Shown here: piece after piece, positions 10,614-19,116 of the stretch
Position numbering within the stretch: position 1 is the stretch's first letter
Layout of the letters: every line of letters begins with the position of its first letter
Origin: Candidatus Xenobia bacterium
Lineage (GTDB): Bacteria > Vulcanimicrobiota > Xenobia > Xenobiales > QWHO01
Direction: 5' to 3'
DNA length: 64,000 nucleotides
Assembly: GCA_045863235.1 (NCBI GenBank)
Contig: BTUM01000001.1
Span: 32,001-96,000, forward strand
Position numbers and translations under genes: made by a program
The notes under the pieces: generated by a model
The model's database searches: none
What the model was told of the DNA's origin: nothing
What the model saw: the letters and a program-made list of their open reading frames with translations, nothing else

Positions 10614-13600
10614 TTAACGCCAGTCCCCAATCAGGATGAACGGTGCCCAGTAGAACGGGTGGCTGTAGCGCTCTTGCTTCAGGAGGGACACCTGGGCCGC
10701 CTGCAAAGCGGCCGCTTTGGACTTCCCGGCCTTCAAGTTCTGGTAGAACACCACCATCAGGTCGCGGGTGGAGTTGTCCTCCACCTTCCACAGGCTGGCC
10801 ACCATGCTGCGACAGCCGGCGAAGCTAAAGGCGTCCGCCAGGCTGCGCAGGTCTGAGCCGTCCTGGCTGCCGCCTCGTTCGGCCAGGGCGGTCTGGCAGG
10901 CCGACAGGGTGACCAGGTTCAGGTCGCCGCCTTCCGAGTCGAGTCGGGAGTTGGTGATGTCGGTGACGCTCAGCTTGCCGCCTTTGGCCAGGGTCAGGTA
11001 GCTCGCGCGCGGGTCCTGTGGGTTGAGGTTCCCGTGGGTAGCCAGATGCAGGTAGCTGACCCTGGGCGCCTGGACCCCGTCGAGCTTATCCGAGGTGGCT
11101 TGCCCTTCCACGTAGATGGCCGAGCCGGGAAAGATGTCGGCCAGCGCCTTCACTTCCTGGGTGGCTGCCGCCAGACTGCCATCGGGGTTCCCGAAGGCGA
11201 CGAGGGAGCCGTTTTTGTTCGAAGGAGGGCCGAAAATCTGATCCAGGTCGGCGGCCTTGGAGAGCACCACCACCTGCATCTTCTCTACCAGGAAGGTGGG
11301 GCTGCCGTCCGGCCCCTCGGCCATGAGGGCCTGGAAGGGAAGGTAGACCAGGCTGCCATAAGGCACGAAAGCCACCGCCTCCTTGCCGGCCAGATCGGGC
11401 TCGATGGGCTTGACGATGCTCTGATAGAGCCCACCCAGTGACTGCTTGAGGACAGCCGCCTCGGGTCCCTTCCAGCTGAAGGCGCCCGGGTTGCGAGAGT
11501 GGGCCGTGACCTGGCTGCGAAAGGTAGCTGTCAGCTGGTCGAGCTCGCTCTTTTTGACCGCGACCTTGCGTACCAGCAGGTTGTCCTTCGTGGCTTCCAG
11601 CAAGTAGAGCTCGTCCTCGGTGGGGAAGAGCAGCACCACCAGTGTGTTGGCGGGAATGGCTCGTTGCAGCTTGGAGAAGTTGATGGGCTTGATGTCCAGC
11701 TTCTGGAAAGCGGGATACTTCTTCTCCAGGTCCGTCACCGTTTGATAGTAACTCTGCCGACTCTGGGCCAGAAGTTGCGAGACCTTCTGGATCTGGTCGG
11801 TCGAGGCGTTCTTGCTCTTGAGGTTGGCCAGCTCTTTCTCTTGAGCCTGAATGGCCAGCTTCTGCTCGTTGGCCCGGGTGACCAGGGACTGGTCCTCCGA
11901 GCGCATCTTGCCCCGCAGGTCGTCCATGCTGAAGGTGCCGGCCGTCTCGAGCTGCTGGAGACGGCCGATGGTTCCGAAGGCGTCGCTGCCCTTACCCTGC
12001 TCGAGCTGGGCCTTGGCCATGGACTCGTAGAGGTCGCTGGCGAACAATCGGATGTAGTCTGCCGATTCAGAGCCGCCGCCGATGTCGCGGATGTACTCCT
12101 CCACGACGTCGATGGCCTTCTGGTAGTCGGCCACCGCCTCGGCGTGGCGACCTTGCGTTGAGCGCAGCTTGCCGCGACGGTAGTACATGCCGGCCTTGAC
12201 TCCGCGCATCTCGTTGACTGCAGGTTCCTGCAAAAAGCCGTTGATCAAGTCTTCCGAGCTTTTCTCCCAGTTCGCCGGCCGGGCTTTTTCAAAGTAGTCC
12301 AGCTGAGCCACGGTAATGTACTGAATCAACTCGAAGCTGTAGGCGCCAGCAGCCGACTCGGCCGCCTTGGCGAGTCGATCCTTGATGGTGGCGGCATCGG
12401 TCGCAGACAGCGAGCGTTCTTCGTTCTCGGCCAGGAGCTGCTCTGCTTGCAGAAGGTACATAGCGGCCAGCAGGGCGTTCGAGTCTCCGTGGTCGGCCGA
12501 GAGCTGGACGCCAGTCTCCTGCAGCAGGCCCGCATACATTCCTTGCACCTGGGTGTAGGCTTGTTGGCTGTCGCTGTGCAGCTTGAGGAGGTGTTTCTCA
12601 ACGTCCACGAGCTCCTGGCGGGCCTGAGCCAGGAGCTCTCCGCCACTCTCCTGATAGGCCGAGACGATCTTGAGCAGGGCGCGTATGACGGCCAGGCGAG
12701 ACTCGGGGTGGCTATCCATACTCTGAGCCATCTGGTAGAGAACCTGCAGGTCGCTCTGGACCAACTGCTGGATGCGTACATCCTCGGAATCGCGCGCGGC
12801 GACCTGCTCGAGCCAGATGTCCCAGAAGGCTTCGCCCACCCAGAAAAGCTCGGTGGTGAGGGTGGGAGAAGGCTGCAGATTGTGCAGGTGGGCCCAGGTC
12901 TGATCGTGGCGCTGCTTGAGGACCTCGAACGACATCTTGGGGTTTTGTTGCAGCTCCAGCGAGAAGTTCCAGGAGCCGAGTAAGAATTGGGCCACCTGGC
13001 CGTACGTGCCGGGCACCTTGGAAACCAGCGCGCTGGCCGCCTGGATGTGGGGTCGGGCTTTGAGGGGGAGTCCGGCACCGATGGCGGCTCGAGCTGCCAG
13101 AAGCTCAGCAGCCAGCTGATTGGTGGGATCGCCTGCGCCGAACGCGATGAGCTCTTCGGCGAGGGGTAGCGCCTGGTTGGGTACGCCCATCCCGATCATT
13201 GCGGCGATGCTATAGCGCATCTGGCGGTGGAGTTTCTCGGGGGTGGGGTTGCGGGTGGCCAGCTTCTGGAGCAGCGAAACCGCATCCAGGTAATTGCCCA
13301 TACGCAGCAGGAAGACGACCAGCTCTTCCCCATCTCCGGGAGGCCCACCGGTCGTGGAGGGCGGGCCTCCCGTCTGGGGACTCCCGGGTCCTCGAGCCAG
13401 GGGGGTGCCCTGCCAGTGCTCATCGCCGAAGAGCAGGTCGAACTTGGCCAGGTACTGGGACAGGCTGGGGTCGTTCAAGCGAATCTCGAAGACCCGGGCG
13501 ATGATGTTGGCCAGTGCAGCACTGAAAGCTTGCTGCTCCTGGTTCATGCTCGAGTAGGTCATGGCCAGCTGTTGGAAGGTCTGGCCAGCCAGCTCGCGAT

Positions 13601-13754
13601 TCTGCTCGATGAGCGCTATCAGGTCGTCGATTCGCTCTTGCTCGATCAGCGCAACCATTTGCTTGACGAAGCCCAGGGTCGGCGTTTCCTGAGAGCGAGC
13701 GTGGGGCGCCAGGGCGGCCAGGAAGAGCATCAGGACCAGGAACCGTCGGGCCAT
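10614..13754 (-). CDS. secreted TPR/helical + CHAT (caspase-like) domain protein
   Basis: Signal peptide MARRFLVLMLFLAALAPHARS after GGAGG; CHAT motifs LHLATHG, LVTLSACQT, VASLWKV, HPFYWAPF. Confidence 0.9.
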   Translation of the reverse strand: MARRFLVLMLFLAALAPHARSQETPTLGFVKQMVALIEQERIDDLIALIEQNRELAGQTFQQLAMTYSSMNQEQQAFSAALANIIARVFEIRLNDPSLSQYLAKFDLLFGDEHWQGTPLARGPGSPQTGGPPSTTGGPPGDGEELVVFLLRMGNYLDAVSLLQKLATRNPTPEKLHRQMRYSIAAMIGMGVPNQALPLAEELIAFGAGDPTNQLAAELLAARAAIGAGLPLKARPHIQAASALVSKVPGTYGQVAQFLLGSWNFSLELQQNPKMSFEVLKQRHDQTWAHLHNLQPSPTLTTELFWVGEAFWDIWLEQVAARDSEDVRIQQLVQSDLQVLYQMAQSMDSHPESRLAVIRALLKIVSAYQESGGELLAQARQELVDVEKHLLKLHSDSQQAYTQVQGMYAGLLQETGVQLSADHGDSNALLAAMYLLQAEQLLAENEERSLSATDAATIKDRLAKAAESAAGAYSFELIQYITVAQLDYFEKARPANWEKSSEDLINGFLQEPAVNEMRGVKAGMYYRRGKLRSTQGRHAEAVADYQKAIDVVEEYIRDIGGGSESADYIRLFASDLYESMAKAQLEQGKGSDAFGTIGRLQQLETAGTFSMDDLRGKMRSEDQSLVTRANEQKLAIQAQEKELANLKSKNASTDQIQKVSQLLAQSRQSYYQTVTDLEKKYPAFQKLDIKPINFSKLQRAIPANTLVVLLFPTEDELYLLEATKDNLLVRKVAVKKSELDQLTATFRSQVTAHSRNPGAFSWKGPEAAVLKQSLGGLYQSIVKPIEPDLAGKEAVAFVPYGSLVYLPFQALMAEGPDGSPTFLVEKMQVVVLSKAADLDQIFGPPSNKNGSLVAFGNPDGSLAAATQEVKALADIFPGSAIYVEGQATSDKLDGVQAPRVSYLHLATHGNLNPQDPRASYLTLAKGGKLSVTDITNSRLDSEGGDLNLVTLSACQTALAERGGSQDGSDLRSLADAFSFAGCRSMVASLWKVEDNSTRDLMVVFYQNLKAGKSKAAALQAAQVSLLKQERYSHPFYWAPFILIGDWR

Positions 13755-13968
13755 CAGTGCCGACCTCCGCAAAAGGACAGATTGCTGGGTCAGCTTCGTG
13801 CGCCTCGCCTCGCCTCCTGTGCCGATGATGAAAGAGGCCACCCGGTCAAGGGTGGCCGACCTGGAACCTGGACCAGAGGACCTGACGAGAATGTGCTTCT
13901 TGGCGCAAAGCCTGTCGATGCGCTTGATCTGGGGGTCTCTGCAAAGTTACGGGCCCAGACAGCCCCGT

Positions 13969-14418
13969 TTAGCGGCCGAGGAAGTTGCCAACCGTCCCCA
14001 GGAACATCGGGGCTCCGCCGCCCGGCCCGGCACCCGCCGTGGCGAATTGGCCGAAGTTGCCACCGAAAGCGTTGCCGAACATCGGGTTTTGCTGGCAGCC
14101 GCACATCTGGCCTTGCTGCCCACCCATCTGGCCACTGAGCAACTTGCCGACCATGTTCCCGAGCATGAAGCCCTTCAAGAAGTTGATCAAGGTCTTCATC
14201 TGCTGGCCCATCCGGCCCCCCTGCTGGAGGGGATTCTGGCCCTGCAGACCGTTTTGGCCGTTAACTCCGGCGCCGGCGATAGCTCCGGCTCCGGGGGCCC
14301 CGGCGCCAGCTGCGGCGACTGCCTGGGCGCCACCCGCTCCGGCAGCGGCGAATGCCTGGGCCGGCGGAGCGCCGTGGCCCGAAGAGCTCGACCACGAGGC
14401 CGACATCGCGAAAGACAT
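13969..14418 (-). CDS. Gly/Ala/Gln-rich low-complexity protein
   Basis: GAGGT RBS then ATG at 14418; 149 aa; coding-like codon bias on the minus strand. Confidence 0.7.
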   Translation of the reverse strand: MSFAMSASWSSSSGHGAPPAQAFAAAGAGGAQAVAAAGAGAPGAGAIAGAGVNGQNGLQGQNPLQQGGRMGQQMKTLINFLKGFMLGNMVGKLLSGQMGGQQGQMCGCQQNPMFGNAFGGNFGQFATAGAGPGGGAPMFLGTVGNFLGR

Positions 14419-14551
14419 GGAGACCTCTCTGTGACTCATTGCTTCCACCCTTTCATCGTTCTTTATTGACCTCATTGTAGCCAGTCGGAAGGGAGGGATA
14501 AAAGGTGAGGTCTTTAACGAGATGTAAACTTTGTGAACAGGTGATGTCTGT

Positions 14552-15694
14552 TTGTTAAATTCGTCCGCACCGGTTGGTTCCAGGCCGGGCAAACCAGTCC
14601 CCGGGCTCGTGGTGCTGGTCCTGCTGACGGCGCTCTGGTTGGCGATGGTGAGCACGGTCACGGCCCATCGAGGCGAGCGCTCCACAGGTTCAGCTGTGCA
14701 CGACCAGGTGGGCCGAGCGCTTTTGACAAGGCTGGCGCGCATTGCCATCTTCGCGGGCTCCTTGACCGAGGAGCAGCGTCAACGCTGGCGCGAGCAGGTA
14801 TCCGGGCTGATGCCGGAGGGCCCAGAAAGGTCTTTGATCCAGGGGGTGAGACTGGCCCCCGAGGCCGTTCCAGAAGGCTGGTTCCGCGAGCTGGCTCGAG
14901 GCTTGGAGCCGTCCACCCAGAAGCCGGCAGCCGACCGCGACCTGTGGCTGCTGGCTGCCGGCTCGGCCTGGATTGCTGTCGGATTGGCGGGCGGCCTGAC
15001 GGTGGTGGGCTGGTGGCTGATCCGGGGTCGGCTTCGTCAATTACAGGACAGTTCTCCACCGCCACTCCAGCGGGCCTGGTTCCTCTTCGTCTCCTGGCAA
15101 CTGATGGCCATGCTCGTGACGCCGGCTCTGGTCGGGCTGGCCGGTCCGAGTGCAGGTATCAGAACCGGGGTTGCCGTTCAGTTAGCGCTCTACGCGCTGG
15201 GCTGGGCCATGATCCGATTCTTCACGGGCCCCCTTCACCCGACTCTGCGGGGGTTCGGGCAGGGTCTGGCCGCGTACTGGGTGGCCAGTCTGGGGGTGTG
15301 GACATCGGCACGTTTGATCGAGATGCTGACCGGCGAGCCTCTGGTTTCCGGTAACCCGGCCCTGGATATGTTCCGTGACCCGCAGCCGGGAGCACTGATC
15401 TGGCTGGGAGTCCTGGTCGTGCTGGCCGGGCCCTGGTTCGAGGAGCTGCTCTTTCGAGGCCTCGTCTATCGAGCCTTGCGCCCGGCGGCCGGGAGGTGGG
15501 GCGCGGCCGTGATCAGCGCGGCTCTGTTTGCCGTCGCCCACGGTGATCCGAGCGGGTTGTTGCCCTACCTGGTTCTCGGCATCATCTTTGCCCAAACCGT
15601 CGAGCTCACGGGTTCAGTTTTTCCAGCCTTTGTTGCTCACGGGCTCTTCAACGGACAGACGTACCTCTTGCTTTGCCTCCTGTCTGCAGGTTGA
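14552..15694 (+). CDS. CPBP (CAAX/Abi) family intramembrane metalloprotease
   Basis: EELLFRG, FAVAH, AHGLFN motifs; multiple TM segments; start uncertain. Confidence 0.88.
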   Translation: MLNSSAPVGSRPGKPVPGLVVLVLLTALWLAMVSTVTAHRGERSTGSAVHDQVGRALLTRLARIAIFAGSLTEEQRQRWREQVSGLMPEGPERSLIQGVRLAPEAVPEGWFRELARGLEPSTQKPAADRDLWLLAAGSAWIAVGLAGGLTVVGWWLIRGRLRQLQDSSPPPLQRAWFLFVSWQLMAMLVTPALVGLAGPSAGIRTGVAVQLALYALGWAMIRFFTGPLHPTLRGFGQGLAAYWVASLGVWTSARLIEMLTGEPLVSGNPALDMFRDPQPGALIWLGVLVVLAGPWFEELLFRGLVYRALRPAAGRWGAAVISAALFAVAHGDPSGLLPYLVLGIIFAQTVELTGSVFPAFVAHGLFNGQTYLLLCLLSAG

Positions 15695-15748
15695 AGAAAG
15701 CTCCTTCGTCGAAAGGCCAATCCGAATCGAGAGGGTGGAGGTTGGTTC

Positions 15749-16099
15749 TTGTCTTTCGCGTTCGTGGCGCGAACCATCCCGCTTCGCGGCCAGGAGACAC
15801 CGTTTCAGCGCATGGTCGGCAGTTTGAGTGTTGACGGCCTGGTTGTGCTCGACGAGCGGTTTTATATCACGCGTCAGCTGGTTGGGAACCTGCTCAGCCT
15901 GACTCTGCTGGGGCAGGTGCTCTACCCCACGCTCAAGCCGTCCCTGGCTCTGCACCTGGGTGCATTCGCCGGAGCCGGGAGACAGCACCCCCGAGTAGGT
16001 GCCGGCGAGGGCTATGTGCTGGAGGGCTCGGCGATCGCTCGGGGTTTTGCACATGGGATTGACGGGCTTCTGGGCCGCCCAAAGGACCCACAAAGCTGA
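15749..16099 (+). CDS. hypothetical protein
   Basis: GGAGG RBS before TTG; fills the gap between same-strand genes. Confidence 0.5.
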   Translation: MSFAFVARTIPLRGQETPFQRMVGSLSVDGLVVLDERFYITRQLVGNLLSLTLLGQVLYPTLKPSLALHLGAFAGAGRQHPRVGAGEGYVLEGSAIARGFAHGIDGLLGRPKDPQS

Positions 16100-16169
16100 G
16101 ACCGAACTTCGCCATGGGGGCGGAGCATTTGCCGGGAACGGCGAGAGAGCGGTTTTGGCGCGCGAGCAC

Positions 16170-17876
16170 TTGAAGACCGTCATTGTGGCGGCGGGCCCTC
16201 GCCAGCGCGGGGCCTTTGAGCGACTGCTGGACAACGGGCACGTCGAGGTGACGGACAGTTTTGCCAAAGTCCGTCGACGGCTCTCGCAGGGCGTGGACCT
16301 GGTGCTCTGGCCCGCATCCCGGGGCACGGAGCTGGTCAGCGAGTGTCGAGAAGCGGGTCTGACCGTCAGCTATCTCTACCAGCCTAGCTCGGAGGCCAGG
16401 GCCACGCTGTATCTGGGCCAGGCCAGAGTTGGCTCGCACAAGGAAGCCAATCGCTTTCTGGCCGATACCGGCCACTGGTGGGAGTTACGCGAGTCAGAAA
16501 CGGTTCTACACGAGCGCTATCGCAAGTTGCTCAACCGGCTGTCTGACGGCTATCTCGAGGTCGACGCACAGGATGTCATCCGCTGGGCCAATGCGGCTTT
16601 CCGAAGGGCGGTCGGACAGGAAATCGTGGAGGGCACGCCTCTGGAACAGGCGCTCGACCCCGACGATGCTCGCCGTTTGCGTACGCTTCGCCAGCAGCAT
16701 CATCAAGGCGTGGTCATTACCTTTCCCTTGCGGCTCTGCAACGGTCTGACGGTTGAAGTCGATCCCAGCCCGCGCTTTGACAGCGTCGGGACTTACCTGG
16801 GAGCGTCGCTGGTCTTGCGCGGACTCCAGGGCCAGGCCTCGGACCTGGAGCGGGGAAGGGATCTGTTCACGCTTTACTCGGTTGCCTCGGTTCTCACCGA
16901 GGCAAACAAGCTCTACGACGCTTTACAGGCGGTGGTACTGCGCATCCTGGAGTTGATGGGCCTGAGCGGAGGGGGGGTTTTTCTGGCCAGTCCGGGTGGA
17001 CTCGAGCTTCGCGTTCTGGCAGGCCTGGAGTTGGATCGGGTCGCCCTGGCGGCTCTGGCTGAGCTGGCTGCCGGAGTGAGCCAGAAGGCCCGAGTGCTGC
17101 GAGAGTTGCCGCCCGATGAGATGGTCGGAATGACGTTGGGTCGGGCCGGGCTGAAATCGGTCGCTCTTGTCCCACTGGTTCACTCGGGTGAGCAGATCGG
17201 AGTTCTCTGGGTGGTGGCCAGGGAGTCGCGTCGCTTGACTCGTGAGGTGGTCTCGCTGTTGATCTCGATTGCAGCTCAAACGGCGACCAGTATTGTCAAC
17301 CACCGCCACGTCGAGGCTCGGCTCGAGGAAGAGGCGAATCGGCGAAAGTTCTATCGCAACGCCCTGCAGGCAGTGACGAAGGGCAAGCTGATCGTCTGTG
17401 AGCGCCCGGAGGCCGAGGCCACCTGGAGGTCCGCCGGGGAGGATGCCGGCGAAATTGTCGTGGATACAACGGCGGACGTGCCCCGGGCTCGGGACCTGGT
17501 GGAAGCGGTTCTCAAGGCGGAGGGCTTCGCCGAGGACCGATGCTATGACCTGGCTCTGTGCACCTGCGAGGCGGCCGCCAATGTCATCAAGCACGCTAAC
17601 GGGGGCAGGGTCAGCATCCGGCAGGGTCCCGAGGCAGCCTTCGTGCGCATCGAGGACCAGGGACCGGGGATTGACTTTGCCCACCTGCCCGACGCCGTGC
17701 TGACCCCCGGGTTCTCCACCGCGCCTTCCCTGGGAATGGGGTACTCCATGCTGCTCGAACTGGCCGATCGGGTCCACCTGTCGACCGGCGAGGGAGGTAC
17801 CTGCTTGCTTCTGGAGGTGAGTCGCCAACAGGCCGACCCGCTCGACGCTTTCAGCGCCCTGCTCGAAGGGCTCTAG
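16170..17876 (+). CDS. PAS-GAF-HATPase_c protein (RsbW/anti-sigma kinase-like output)
   Basis: PAS-like 'IRWANAAF', GAF 'VPLVHSGEQIGVL', C-terminal EAAANVIKHA, DQGPGI, SLGMGY; start uncertain (ORF open from 15999). Confidence 0.8.
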   Translation: MKTVIVAAGPRQRGAFERLLDNGHVEVTDSFAKVRRRLSQGVDLVLWPASRGTELVSECREAGLTVSYLYQPSSEARATLYLGQARVGSHKEANRFLADTGHWWELRESETVLHERYRKLLNRLSDGYLEVDAQDVIRWANAAFRRAVGQEIVEGTPLEQALDPDDARRLRTLRQQHHQGVVITFPLRLCNGLTVEVDPSPRFDSVGTYLGASLVLRGLQGQASDLERGRDLFTLYSVASVLTEANKLYDALQAVVLRILELMGLSGGGVFLASPGGLELRVLAGLELDRVALAALAELAAGVSQKARVLRELPPDEMVGMTLGRAGLKSVALVPLVHSGEQIGVLWVVARESRRLTREVVSLLISIAAQTATSIVNHRHVEARLEEEANRRKFYRNALQAVTKGKLIVCERPEAEATWRSAGEDAGEIVVDTTADVPRARDLVEAVLKAEGFAEDRCYDLALCTCEAAANVIKHANGGRVSIRQGPEAAFVRIEDQGPGIDFAHLPDAVLTPGFSTAPSLGMGYSMLLELADRVHLSTGEGGTCLLLEVSRQQADPLDAFSALLEGL

Positions 17877-18045
17877 CGCAAAATGTTGTGCGTCGCGCAG
17901 CTCAAGGGGGTATCAGCTGCGTTCTCAGGGAGGCGCGGCTGGAAAGGCCGTGCCCTCAAGCGCGCCAGAAAGGTTCTGTTCCCGCCAGGGCGAAGCACCG
18001 AAACGGTGCGGCGCGACCGTACGACTTCAGCAGCGGGTGACTTTG

Positions 18046-19113
18046 ATGGAAGAAAGCATGTTCTTGGAGAGCCTGGTGTCCGCCTGGGGCGGCGAGGATG
18101 TTTCCGAGGAAAAGCTTTACCCCGACGAGTCCGATTCACCTAATCTCAACGTCCTGATCCGCACGGCTCGCAAGTATCTCGACGACAAGGTCACTCCTAC
18201 CCAGTTTCTGGAGGAGGTCAAGGGCATGATGGCCCGCCTCGATCAGGCTCTTACCGAGCACAGGGCCCTCTACCAGATTCCTGGGATCACCGATGAAGTG
18301 CGTGAGGTGGCCGATCGGGCCGAGGCCGCCTTCGACGAGTTTCGGCGAGGTCTGTCCGATTTTCTGCGTTACTTTGACCAGCAAGATCCGGTGGTGCTCG
18401 AGGAAGGCATCAACACTTGCAAGGTTGCCTCCAAGAAGCTTCGTGATTCCTACCAGAAGTTCGAGGAAATCCAACGTCGCGACCAGATGTCGCGCTGCTT
18501 GATGTGCGGCCACCTCAATCAGTCGAATGTGCGCAACTGCCTGAAGTGCGGAGCCGTTCTGCCCGATGAGATGGAGCGGACGGCTGCCAGCAAGACCGAG
18601 ACTTCCAGTGACCTGGTCATGGTGCCACCCGAATACATGCAACTTTATCAAGCCTGCGACCTGGTGGCCGGGCAGAAAATTCCCACCGAGCAGTGGCGGG
18701 CGGTGGTGGATACCTTTCTGGTCTCCTTTACTCAGTCGAGAGCTTTTGTGGAAGAGCAACTTGCCGCCCAGGCGGAGGCGTTGGGAGAGATCTCCGAGCT
18801 AGAGGGCATCGCCAGTCTGCTTGTGCGCGGGCTGACCGAGGCCGAGAAATCGCTCGATTTGATGCTGCAGTATGAGGAAGATGGGGAGGTCGATCACCTC
18901 AATCAAGGCTGGATGGACCTCCTGAAGGCCACCCGCAAGGTCCAAGAGGCCGGGGTCGGCTTCTACCAGACCCTGGAGGCTCTCCAGCGCGCGGAGGATG
19001 AGGCTATGGAGGCAGTGGGCGAAGAGGAACTGGTCGAAGAGGAGGAGGCCGTCGAGGAAGACTACGGTGGACCGGAGCCGGCCGGGGATCAGATCGAGTT
19101 CGAGGAGGAGTAA
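18046..19113 (+). CDS. hypothetical protein with central double zinc ribbon
   Basis: CLMCGH...CLKCG between two similar helical blocks; acidic tail. Confidence 0.75.
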   Translation: MEESMFLESLVSAWGGEDVSEEKLYPDESDSPNLNVLIRTARKYLDDKVTPTQFLEEVKGMMARLDQALTEHRALYQIPGITDEVREVADRAEAAFDEFRRGLSDFLRYFDQQDPVVLEEGINTCKVASKKLRDSYQKFEEIQRRDQMSRCLMCGHLNQSNVRNCLKCGAVLPDEMERTAASKTETSSDLVMVPPEYMQLYQACDLVAGQKIPTEQWRAVVDTFLVSFTQSRAFVEEQLAAQAEALGEISELEGIASLLVRGLTEAEKSLDLMLQYEEDGEVDHLNQGWMDLLKATRKVQEAGVGFYQTLEALQRAEDEAMEAVGEEELVEEEEAVEEDYGGPEPAGDQIEFEEE

Positions 19114-19116
19114 GCT

